Source: Candidatus Babelota bacterium
GTDB taxonomy: Bacteria; Babelota; Babeliae; Babelales; CAIQNR01
NCBI GenBank assembly: GCA_965658655.1
Contig: CBFHTA010000002.1
Span: 128,001-192,000, forward strand
Length of the DNA stretch: 64,000 nt
Direction: 5' to 3'
The notes below the pieces were generated by a model. It worked only from the letters and a program-made list of their open reading frames with translations. It had not been told where the DNA came from and did no database searches. Every line of letters starts with the position of its first letter. The stretch's first letter is position 1. Positions 1-10,600 of this stretch are shown in pieces. Both the position numbers and the translations under genes were made by a program.

Positions 1-102
1 CCAAACGATGTTGTATTGTTTTCGCCATCTGGATCTAGCTTTGATTTATTTAAAAACTACGAAGAGCGTGGTAAAAAATTTAAGATTTTAGTAGGACTAT
101 AG
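1..102 (+). CDS. murD: 3' end of UDP-N-acetylmuramoyl-L-alanine--D-glutamate ligase (partial)
   Basis: Frame 1 reads [33 protein letters not shown], matching the MurD C-terminal motif (DVVLLSPACASFDQFxNYEERG); lies directly upstream of ftsW. Confidence 0.9.
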   Translation, partial: PNDVVLFSPSGSSFDLFKNYEERGKKFKILVGL

Positions 103-125
103 GTACACACTATTAAGGAGAGAGT

Positions 126-1232
126 ATGTTTACCACCCGTTCGCAAGTTAAAAGTGACCTCAACACACTTATTGGAATTGTCACTACACTTATTGTTATT
201 GGCCTTTTATTCATCTACTCATCAAGCTCTGTCTTTGCCCTGGAACAAACCGGATTGTCTCATTACTACCTTAAGAAACAAACAATTGGGTTAGGCGTTG
301 GTCTTTTTGGATTTATAGTCGCACGATTTATCTCACTTCGCTTTGTAGAAGCAATGACTCCTCTTTTCTTCTGGGGATCATGGATATTGACGGCATGCAC
401 TATGTTTCCACAATTTACGCATACCATTCATGGGTCGAGTCGTTGGTTAGCATTTGGGGGTTTTTCTTTCCAGCCAAGCGAGATCTTAAAAGTTGCCTTT
501 ATTTTGTATGTTGCAAAATTTTTAGCAAAGAAAGAAAAAAAGAAATTCACCTTTACCGGCTCCTACCTACCTTTCTTGGTATTACTCAGCTTAGTAAGTG
601 TTGTACTATTGCGCCAACCCGACTTTGGATTAACAGTTACCCTTGCTATGACTTCTTTAACTATGCTTTTTATAGCACACCTTCCATTAACTCACTTGTT
701 AGCAACATTGCTTACATGTGTTCCAATGATAGCACTTTTAATCTACACGCAACCGTATCGACTCAAACGAATCATGACCTTTTTAAATCCTTGGAAAGAC
801 CCTCAGGGTGCAGGGTTCCAAATAATACAATCGTTAATTGCAATTGGCTCTGGTAATTGGTGGGGAAGCGGCATCTCTCACTCAAAACAAAAATTCTTTT
901 ATCTCCCTATGCAGCATACTGATTTTATTTTTTCTATTATTGCCGAAGAAACTGGATTCATAGGTTCATGCATTATTTTAATGTTGTATGTACTATTCTT
1001 ATATTTTGGCATGAAGCTTGCTTGGCAATTAAAAAAAAGTTTTTCTATTTATGCATCATTAGGCCTTGTTATTTTATTAAGTTTACAAGCGCTGATAAAC
1101 ATTTTTGTAGCAACCGGACTATTACCTACAAAAGGAATAGGACTACCCTTTGTAAGTTATGGAAATTCATCACTTGTATGTTCACTTGGAATGATCGGCT
1201 TGATTGCAAATATGGTTGACGATTCAATTTAG
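126..1232 (+). CDS. ftsW: SEDS-family peptidoglycan glycosyltransferase FtsW
   Basis: Polytopic membrane protein with RWL..FQPSE, QPDFG, GFQIIQSLIAIGSG, HTDFIF and LPFVSYG motifs; follows murD. Confidence 0.93.
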   Translation: MFTTRSQVKSDLNTLIGIVTTLIVIGLLFIYSSSSVFALEQTGLSHYYLKKQTIGLGVGLFGFIVARFISLRFVEAMTPLFFWGSWILTACTMFPQFTHTIHGSSRWLAFGGFSFQPSEILKVAFILYVAKFLAKKEKKKFTFTGSYLPFLVLLSLVSVVLLRQPDFGLTVTLAMTSLTMLFIAHLPLTHLLATLLTCVPMIALLIYTQPYRLKRIMTFLNPWKDPQGAGFQIIQSLIAIGSGNWWGSGISHSKQKFFYLPMQHTDFIFSIIAEETGFIGSCIILMLYVLFLYFGMKLAWQLKKSFSIYASLGLVILLSLQALINIFVATGLLPTKGIGLPFVSYGNSSLVCSLGMIGLIANMVDDSI

Positions 1233-1470
1233 TAGGCTTGAGAAAGCAGATGAAAAGAAAAAATTTACCTGAACTTTAAAAATAAAAAAGAGCTGAAAGA
1301 ACCTAATTTTAGAAACAAACAAGGCCAATATAACCTCACCGAATAACTAAGGCTCAATTTCTCTAACATGATTCATCGGTATAGAGAAAAAAATAGAAAA
1401 TGACTGCAAAAGTTTTTTATTTTTTGTAGACTGCATCCCTGTGATTAATACAACCCAAAAGGAAATTGAA

Positions 1471-1803
1471 ATGAAGAAATGTATACTTTTCCTGTTGCTC
1501 TTAGGAGTCACTAACACCAGACCTTTTTCTATATCTATCACCGATACTGCCTATTGGTTTGGTACAATTGCCGCCATACATTGGGTATGTAAAAGAATTG
1601 AAAGAATAGAAACACTGCAAGAAGCACAAATAAAAGCTCACAACAAAAAGCTTCCTATAAAAAATAATGATGATCAGATTCCGATTCCGCAACGCCCTAC
1701 ATTGATGGGATCTGCACAAGAACTTGCTACTTTGGGTAGATGCGCGGTAAGCAGAACAGTACATACTGCAAACGGACTCCATACACTTTCTAACACTCTA
1801 TAA
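1471..1803 (+). CDS. small hypothetical exported/membrane protein, paralog of 1843..2247
   Basis: ATG at 1471 after AAGGA; signal-like MKKCILFLLLLG; shares W.G.TIA..(H/N)W...R.(E/Q)R.E..QEA with the next ORF. Confidence 0.6.
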   Translation: MKKCILFLLLLGVTNTRPFSISITDTAYWFGTIAAIHWVCKRIERIETLQEAQIKAHNKKLPIKNNDDQIPIPQRPTLMGSAQELATLGRCAVSRTVHTANGLHTLSNTL

Positions 1804-1842
1804 AGCTAAAATTTTATTTACTCATTTTGATAAGGTTTTACC

Positions 1843-2247
1843 ATGATCAAACCATCATTCATTCTCACACTTCTTTTACTAGTAGCTTTTGTACCAATCA
1901 GAACAGGAATAATTTGGAGAACCGGAAGTACAATAGCTTTAGTTCTAGGAGCAAACTGGATGCATTTACGTGTTCAAAGGACTGAAAAAATACAAGAAGC
2001 TGTATACGCTCACATTACAGGAAAATCTATAAAGGCTACTCAAGAAGACTTCCCTCCTGTCAGCCTCGTAGAATCTTCTAGAGAATTCACAAATAACATA
2101 AGACAATACGTGCCTGTAGAAGCTATAACAACAGGTTTAAAAAAGATCGCTGAAGATACAGACAGAAAAGAAATCGATCTTAAAAACTCTTTAAGTAAAA
2201 TTATTGATCCATCAGGATCATCTAAAAACAATAAAAAAGAATCCTAA
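1843..2247 (+). CDS. small hypothetical exported/membrane protein, paralog of 1471..1803
   Basis: AAGG upstream; hydrophobic N-terminus; shared motif with the upstream ORF. Confidence 0.65.
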   Translation: MIKPSFILTLLLLVAFVPIRTGIIWRTGSTIALVLGANWMHLRVQRTEKIQEAVYAHITGKSIKATQEDFPPVSLVESSREFTNNIRQYVPVEAITTGLKKIAEDTDRKEIDLKNSLSKIIDPSGSSKNNKKES

Positions 2248-2999
2248 TTTGAATACTGCAGCCTCATATTCTGCAAGAATGCTTGTTTCTCAAGGGCTTT
2301 TTTAAATTCTTCTGTTAAAACACCTTTTTCTTTCAACTCATTTAAACATGTTTCTTTTGAATATTCCGGTTGACCATCTTCTTTTAAGGTAACCGTAGCA
2401 GGATTGTTTAAAAGCGCTCCCATCTGAACTAAATATTGTATTGAAATGGGAAGAGTATGATATGCACTACCATAATCAGGCTCTTCTCCTTTCCCCTCTA
2501 TACAACATAAAATGTGCTTGTATAGTTTTTGTCTTGAATCTAAGCAAGAAATCTCTATATACCTATTAGGAGAGATTTTTTCATCATCTATAAGATTAAC
2601 AAGCATTCCATGATTAACTACCCACGCTTTTTTTGTCGGATTCTTAGAAATATAATCGTTTTCTTCCAAAAATGTTGGTCTATATACTACTGCTGTACGT
2701 TTAAAGAGGTCTTCTATTAAAGGTTTTTCCCCTCGCTCAGTGCTTACTTTAGGATCTTCTTCTAGCTGCGGATCTATATCTATTGAACCGTAGCTCCGCC
2801 CTCCTTTTATTAAGTCCTCTTCATCATTTCTCTGATATTTTTCATTGCAAGAGGTACGCTGTACTAAAGGTATCTCGTTACACTTTTGTTTCAAACGAAA
2901 ACAAGATAAAAAAACATACAAACAATCAGCTGAAGAAACAGAAAGAGGAAAAAAACTCAAAGTGAATAAATTTAAAAAAAGAAAAATACGCTTACCCAT
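2244..2999 (-). CDS. hypothetical protein with signal peptide
   Basis: 251-aa ORF with signal-like N-terminus; no recognisable domain. Confidence 0.6.
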   Translation of the reverse strand: MGKRIFLFLNLFTLSFFPLSVSSADCLYVFLSCFRLKQKCNEIPLVQRTSCNEKYQRNDEEDLIKGGRSYGSIDIDPQLEEDPKVSTERGEKPLIEDLFKRTAVVYRPTFLEENDYISKNPTKKAWVVNHGMLVNLIDDEKISPNRYIEISCLDSRQKLYKHILCCIEGKGEEPDYGSAYHTLPISIQYLVQMGALLNNPATVTLKEDGQPEYSKETCLNELKEKGVLTEEFKKALEKQAFLQNMRLQYSN

Positions 3000-3009
3000 A
3001 TCCCCACCT

Positions 3010-3037
3010 AAAAGAGAAAGGCGGATTTCTCCGCCTT
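3010..3037 (-). terminator. intrinsic terminator after pepA
   Basis: Minus strand AAGGCGGA-GAAA-TCCGCCTT followed by TCTCTTTT. Confidence 0.7.
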
Positions 3038-3042
3038 AGTAA

Positions 3043-4557
3043 TTATTTCCAGTTTAAAACAAAATCAATTAACAAGCGCGTACCAACACCAGTTGCCATA
3101 CCCGCTTTATAATAAGGAAGACCCGGAACATCAAAAGCCGATGGAGCAATGTCAAGATGTGCCCAAGGAGTTTTTTCACTTACAAAATGGCTCAAAAACA
3201 TTGCGCCGTTTGTGGCACTTGCATAGTACTTCCTATTGCCGTTATTGTTAATATCCGCAACATCACCTTTCACCATTACTCTATAATCGTCTACAAATGG
3301 TAATCTCCATAAAGAATCACCTGTTTTTTTGCCAGATGCATTAAGCTTATCTGCTAGCTTTTCATCATCTGTTAGCAAACCACTAAAAAATGGTCCAACT
3401 GCATACGCACACCCACCAGTTAAGGTTGCAATGTCTACAATTACTGCTGGTTTAAAATGCTTATCTGCATACGCAAGCGCATCTGCAAGCACCAATCGCC
3501 CTTCTGCATCTGTGTTTCCAACTACCGCAGTCTTGCCATTGTAAAACGTAATAATATCACCTGGGTGATTCGCTCGACCACTCACCATGTTTTCTGCAAG
3601 AGGTGCAAGTGCAACAACATTTACGTTTGGTTTAAACTGAGCAATCGCAGCAAGCGCATTCAAAACTGCCGCTGCTCCGGACATATCTTCTTTCATAGTT
3701 TCAACATGACCAGTTGGCTTTAAGTTAATACCACCAGAATCAAATGTGATACCTTTACCAACTAATGCAATTGTAGGTGCAGATTTTTTCTTACAAGTAT
3801 ATTGCATAATCACCATCTGAGCGTCGTGATCAGAACCCATACCTACTGCTTTTAAACCACCCATACCAAGTTTCTCTGCTTTTTTTTCATCAAAAACAGT
3901 AATTTCTAAATCGTGTTTTTTAGCAAGTTCTTTTGCTCTTTTAACTACATCTAAAGGAGAAAGTTTATTTGCGGGAAGGTCTACCCAATGGCGTGCATTA
4001 TTAACTGCTTTACCAATAATCTCACCATCTTTAACACCAGCTTGCACTTTTTTAAGATCTTTTTTAGGTACTACAAATACAAATTTTTGCACACGTGCAA
4101 TACGCCCTTCTTTACCCACAAATTCATCGAACGTATAGTCTGCCATTAACCCTATAGAAGCTGTCTGTTGTGCGATAAATTCTGCATCAAATCCAAAATC
4201 ACTTTTTGAAGTAGGAATTTCTACCGCAAGTGATGTTATTTTTTGTCCTTCTGCAATACGCACTGCCTGAGCAACAACTCGGCGATAATCTTCTAACGCA
4301 TATACTTTGTCTTTCTTACCCAAACCAATAAAAATAAGATGTTTAATCTTTTTCTTTTGAGTAATAGGAAGCACGAATGACTGTCCTTTCTTGCCAGTAA
4401 AATCACGGTTTTTCATAAACGCTTTAAGTTCAGGAAAATACGCTTTTGCTACTTTGCCGCACATTTTGTCGAAAGAAAACCCTTCAGAAACAAAGTATAC
4501 AAAACCTTCTACACTGTGCTCTAAAAGAGACTTATCACTAACGCTATAGGTAATCAT
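3043..4557 (-). CDS. pepA: leucyl aminopeptidase (M17)
   Basis: VGKGITFDSGG, MKEDMSGAA, NTDAEGRLVLAD, DIATLTG and WAHLDIA motifs; start set at ATG 4557 by RBS. Confidence 0.95.
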   Translation of the reverse strand: MITYSVSDKSLLEHSVEGFVYFVSEGFSFDKMCGKVAKAYFPELKAFMKNRDFTGKKGQSFVLPITQKKKIKHLIFIGLGKKDKVYALEDYRRVVAQAVRIAEGQKITSLAVEIPTSKSDFGFDAEFIAQQTASIGLMADYTFDEFVGKEGRIARVQKFVFVVPKKDLKKVQAGVKDGEIIGKAVNNARHWVDLPANKLSPLDVVKRAKELAKKHDLEITVFDEKKAEKLGMGGLKAVGMGSDHDAQMVIMQYTCKKKSAPTIALVGKGITFDSGGINLKPTGHVETMKEDMSGAAAVLNALAAIAQFKPNVNVVALAPLAENMVSGRANHPGDIITFYNGKTAVVGNTDAEGRLVLADALAYADKHFKPAVIVDIATLTGGCAYAVGPFFSGLLTDDEKLADKLNASGKKTGDSLWRLPFVDDYRVMVKGDVADINNNGNRKYYASATNGAMFLSHFVSEKTPWAHLDIAPSAFDVPGLPYYKAGMATGVGTRLLIDFVLNWK

Positions 4558-4626
4558 ACAATCCACCTTTGCAAAAAATATTAAAAACTATTTAATGCTT
4601 TAAGGTAGCATGTTTACTATTTCAAG

Positions 4627-4655
4627 TAAAAGTGGGTGCTCGAATGAACACCCAC
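4627..4655 (-). terminator. intrinsic terminator after the giant gene
   Basis: Minus strand GTGGGTGTTC-ATTC-GAGCACCCAC then TTTT. Confidence 0.65.
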
Positions 4656-4678
4656 AAAAGTCTTTATTTACGGTTTTT

Positions 4679-7600
4679 TTATACAACCCTTGATTGAGTA
4701 AAGAATGTATTAATAAAAGTCAAAACTCTGTTTTTTAAATCCGATACCGCAAGATGCAAGGGTTGCTCGGGCATTTGAAACCAAGTAAATCGTGTGGAAC
4801 GTGAAGGTGGTTCTGGTGCTGGACGAGAAGCTCTTGGTGCAGGTTGCTGCTGTTGAAAATCTGTTTGCTCTTGACCTGTAGTCCTAACCGCTGTTGAACG
4901 AGAAGGTGGTGCTGGTGGTCCCTGGTAAGAAGTTCCTCTTGAACCTGAATCTTGTTGCGGAAGTTTTTGACCTCTTGAGACCATAGGTCGATTTTCTGAA
5001 CCCGAAGATTGCTGCGCTTCTCTATATTGTTGCCCTTCTGAAACTGGAGCTCTAGGCGGTGCTTTTGGAGGAGATTTTTTGCCAGCTATCGCACTTTGTA
5101 CTTCACTGTCTAAATTACCTTGAGAAATCAATTTAAGACTTCCCGGCTGGACCTGAGCATTTGAAAATTGTTGTCTAATTAAACTCAAACCTTGTCCTCC
5201 TACAGAGTATCCATTAGGATAAAGATAATCTGAATTACCTTTTTTCACCTCGTAGATAGCACCGTTAGAATAATCTACATAGGTACCAACCCCAAACGTA
5301 AGCACAGCATTATTGAACATTTCAATTGCACTCATAGTATTCCCTTTACCGGCGTTGTAACGTGTTTTATCATTTTGATAGTACTCTTCTATTGTTGCCA
5401 ATGGCGGAATACGATACATAACGGTTGGCGTTGGTTTACTAAATCCAACAAGATAACTGCCAATAGAGTTCTTTGGAACTTGTATAGTCATTTTGCTATT
5501 TCTATCAACTTCTTGCACAAGCTGTATGTTTCCTTCTGCATTTGAAATTACATTTACACCATCTTTATACTTTGCAAGATCCTTCTTAGATGCATACGAA
5601 TAACCAAATCCGTAAATTGCTTGGACTTGTTGATTCCCGAGAGCAACGTAAGAACTTTGAACCGCTACTCCAGAACGTGATTTTTGACCCGTTACAGAAT
5701 AGTCAGTAACTAAACCTGGAATACTTATTCCACCAGGCGCTTGATACTGTGCCATTTGCCCAGGACGTGGTAAACCGCCTTGATTTATAAAATAAAGTTT
5801 TGTGTTAGAAGAAGGAGAAACAGGATTTATAGTTGGAACAAACGCAAGCATCGACTCTTCTTTATTTTCAAGAATGCCACAAAGAGTAGATCCAAAAACT
5901 GGAGTACCTTGTGGGATACCTTTTATTCCTTCTCTATTACCCATACCCATACCAACAAATGGTCTTCCATATACTGTTGCTCGAGCAACCATATTATTTT
6001 GAGCCAGAGGGTATTTAAATCCTTGTATGCCACCTTCTATATAACGCTGACTACCAAATTGATACTGACGAGGCTTATCTCCAGCTGCAGATGTCAATGT
6101 AATTGCATCGTATGCCATACCACTTGCAGAAAGCTTATATTCAATCTCATAAAGTGCCCAACCACGTTGAGAAGCAGCCTCTACAGCAGAAACAAATGCA
6201 ACCTCTGCTTTTTGTTGCTCTGTCATACCTTGAGTATCAAACCCTTTTGGCAAATTGAGTTCTTGCATTTTGCCCTCTTGTGAACCTGGTGCAATTATTT
6301 TTTGCACAGGAATAATTTCTTGACTAGCACCCTCTCCTTTTGTTTCATACCCAATATACATTGTTTGTTTTTGAGCATTTTGAAATCGATATATACTGGT
6401 AAATGGTACATACATGTACTGCGTATAACCTTGCCCAGTATTAGCCAAAGCATTAAGATTTTGCCCTTGCCCAGAACTGTTATTTGCCTCACCCCATACA
6501 AAGATAGGCATTTCAACATCAACAACTTCTTGCTTATTTTCCCCTTGAACAATAGGGTACGCAACAACGGTAGGAATCATACGTGGCTGGCCGTTTACAT
6601 AATATTCATCACCACTCATAAGATCTACAAAGTAACCAATATTTGCAATATCTTTGCCATCTTCAGAACCACCACCATATAAGGTTCCTGTCATATCTTG
6701 TACTAATACATAGTATGCTTGAGTAAGACGATGATAATAGTAATAATACTTTTCACCTTTTTCGCGGTTAATAGCCGGAGCAACATTTTTGGCAAGCTTC
6801 ATATAATAACCATCTTGGCCAAAACCTGGAATCAAAGTTTTTTCTCCGGGAGCAAGTGGCAAAGGAACATTTGTTACCGGAATGGTAAGAGATTGTTCTC
6901 CGTTAGGCTCAACCACAACACCATGGGCCGCACGCATAGCTTCAAGCTCAAATCCTTTCATAGCAGATGTTGGCACAAGATTCTCTGCTTTAGGATTAGT
7001 TGGAACAGCGTAATAAACACCCACATTACTGTCGCCGGCTTCTGAGGTAGCGTTGAAATCAAAGAATGTATAAAGTGTTGGCATTCTTCCATTTTCATCT
7101 TTATCAGAGAGAACCGTTTTTGCTTTTAAGAAATACTTACCACCAACTTGTATAAGATTAGAACTTGGAACAGCCGGGTTATTAAGAGTTGGCTCTGTTA
7201 CTGTTCGTGCTTTTTCCATTACTGCTATTGGAATAATAGGAGCTGTATCTATAAGTGATCGTGGATCTTCAAGCGAAGATACCTCATTAATATATTGAGT
7301 ATTAAGCTCGATAATCCTTTGTGCAAGATCTACATTAATTTGTACTTTATTCTGCGTTTGCACAAGTTCCATTGCTCTTCTTGGTACACTTTGCTCTCTA
7401 CCTACACCAGTTTTTTCATACATTTTGCCTAAATAATTTTGCTTACTTTGACCATTTTCTAAATACAACGTACCGGTAACCAAACTCAACATAGCCTTTG
7501 TATATGGAGTTACGGCCTTACCACCAGTAGAAGCACTATTTGGCATATCGGTAACCACTAGATAGTCATGTGCCGAATCATACGATTGACCTTCTGGAGT

Positions 7601-10600
7601 AAGTGCATAAATATAGGTTCCTTTGTTGACAGACTCTAAACTTAAGCGAAGTTTGAGTCCGCCAAAGTAAACGGGGTATAATGTTTTTTGAATTTGTCGC
7701 TGGGCTGATTGCAATGCAGTATTCAACTCTCCTTGTAACCCAGAAGAAAGATTTGCGAATGCCGCATTTAGATTTTGAGTCGTAACTGTTTGGCCAATAT
7801 CTCCTTGATTAGTTAACGCTGCAGCAAGAATTTCTTGAGGACTCAATCTCAGTTGCGTTCCTGTTCGAACTGGAGGAGAAACTTTTCCTTTTGCAGGGTC
7901 AGAACCACCTGGCAATACACTTTGCCCAACAGGTTGTAAACTACACTCGTTTCCAGATAGCGATGCATTAGGAGAGAAACAAGCATAAGGAGCAACATCT
8001 TGCATATCCCCCATTCCTTTAGCACCTGGATAAATATACGGTGTATACACCTGACCAGTACCCACATTAATTAAATACTTACCTGCAACCACTTCAGTGT
8101 AAGGTCTTCCAATACTATGTAACTGATCTATAGATTTTACATTACCATCTTCTGGACCAAGTGCACATACAAAGATATCTGTTTGAGGAAAGCCCGAAGC
8201 ATGATAAAAGAAGTTACCATTTGCAACATCTTGCCTACTTGTTGCAGTAATATACACATTTCCATATTGACGTTGAGTGTAATTAAATGGCCCCATAAAT
8301 CCACTCTGAACCCAATAATTATTTCTATCTTCTGATAGCGACCATTCTGTATAAGCAGCAAGAATACTTGGGTAAAAAGTGCCTAGTTTTTTACCATATG
8401 TTGGACTACTGATACCTTTAAAGAAACGAGCCTGTTTAAGAGGTCCTGTGTCTGCAGTATTGCTCAAGTCTCGTGCAAGGTTAAATCCAGAGAATGCTTC
8501 TGGCAGCACACTCATTAACGAACCATTAACTTTGTCTTTACCATGCGAAATAACCAGTGTAGTTGCATTCTTACACGGTTGCGTCATTGGCCATTGAACG
8601 GTTTGACTCTGCACTGCTTTTGCACTTTGTTCAGCAGCACCACCCGATTGCTCTTCTTGCCCTGTTGGAGAGAAAGTAGAAGATTGCCCACCTCTAGAAC
8701 AGAAAGAGAATCCAGTAAAGAATAAGAAATAAAGTGGAGGAACATTAATCATTAATTGTTCGCTTTTCCACTCTGCTGCTCGTGGCGTTTTATTAATAAT
8801 ACTATTAATAGTATTATACCTCTCTTGAGCACTTGAGAGCATTTTTTCAAGTGGCTCTAGATTTTTTGCTCCCATAAGCGCAGATACTTGTTCTTCATTA
8901 AATCCAGCTTTCATCAAATAGCTACCAGCGCTTTCTGCTCCATATTTATCAATCACTCCAATCGCGTATTCTTTTGTACCAGCAGAGAGCCCTCCTAAAG
9001 AAGCAGAAAGTTTTGAAAATTTAACACCATAATTAAGAACGGCATCTTTTGCACTATTATACTCTTGCAACATTTGAGGATCGGTAATCATTCTATTTAC
9101 AGGATTGTAATAACCTGGCATAAAGGCAGTTCCCATATATACATTTGGAACTACCCTAATTGTTTCTAATGAGCGAGTGGGGCCATTCGGTCCCTTCTTT
9201 TCTACATAAATTTGATCTTGTTGTTCTCCCACCCATGAACCTGTTTGAAAACCATATTTACCTTGACCATTAAGAGAGAAGAAAGAACCTCGATTAAGTG
9301 GATGCATATTAACGGTATACCATAATGGTAAAGGTTCATAATCAGTGTCATAACCACGTCCTGTAATCAAACTAAACAAACCTTGCACACCATGGGTACC
9401 CAAGCTTCCTGTCATCTGATCAAGGCCAAGGGGAAGAATCTCGAACTTACCCGTAGATGCGCCACCAACAGGTACTACGTAATCGGGAACGCCATTCTTT
9501 CCTAATACACCGTCACCACTTTTTGTCACCTTATACACATAGAATCGAGATAGATACTCTTTCTTCTGTGCCTTATTCCAAGAAGTATATAAAGCATTTT
9601 GTTGAGCTGCGCTAGATGCTTGGCTAAGCACGTCTCCCATATCTTTAATACTGTTTTCTTGTTGCTCAAATGCGTCTCCATCTAACAGCTCTGTTAGAGG
9701 AACCCTGGTCAAAGTATAATTAGTATAGGTAGTAAATGGACCATCAACAGCTGCATCTGTACTATATTTTGCCATTGCTACAATCTGACTCATTGCTCTT
9801 TCTCCAATAGAACCTGCTCTCATAAGGAGCCTTTCTATTTGTTGCAACGCATAGGTGGCCATAGAATTATCTGGCACTCCATTACCGTCAAGATACGGAG
9901 TAAGTAATTTTGTATCACTTGCTACTTTCCCTTGTGCAGTAGTTGCCGGTCGAGTTCCTTGGTCATCTCCCTTTTGATAGGTAAGACCAGTTGTTAAACT
10001 AGAAATATAAACAATATCAGGATTTGGAACCATTTTGAGCGTATAACCTTTTACCGTTTCACTACCAGCAACAGCTTTACCTTTGCCTGTCTTTTGTTGC
10101 TTCTCTAAGTCACCCTTTACCACCCGTGGTACAAGAAGCGGAACAATACTTTTATTTGCCGACAAACAAACAACATACTCTTTAAGTGGCACATATGAAT
10201 TTGAATTGTTTCGTAATAAACCATGAAGTGAAGGTGTCACTGTAGTAGCAGTTTTTGCTTGTGTGTTATCTGAAACAATTTCATAAACATACAGGTTATA
10301 TGCATTAAGGTTTGCGTCAGGAGAAAAACCATATTCTGGTGTATCTACTTGCTGTTCTCCAAGTGCGTTGGCAACTGCACTTTGTGCTTGTCTAAGAGCG
10401 CTCTTTTCTTTTTCGCCATACGTAACCTTATTACCGTCAAACGAAATACTCGATTTATAACTTTGATCAATTTCAGCAAGACTTTTTAAAGCTTTTTTTA
10501 AATCTGAACTAAGCGGACGAAGAGAATTATTAAGAATAATATTTAAGAACCCCGTACCTTCCATTTGACGTAATTGCAAAGTACCAAAACCTTTTACGTC

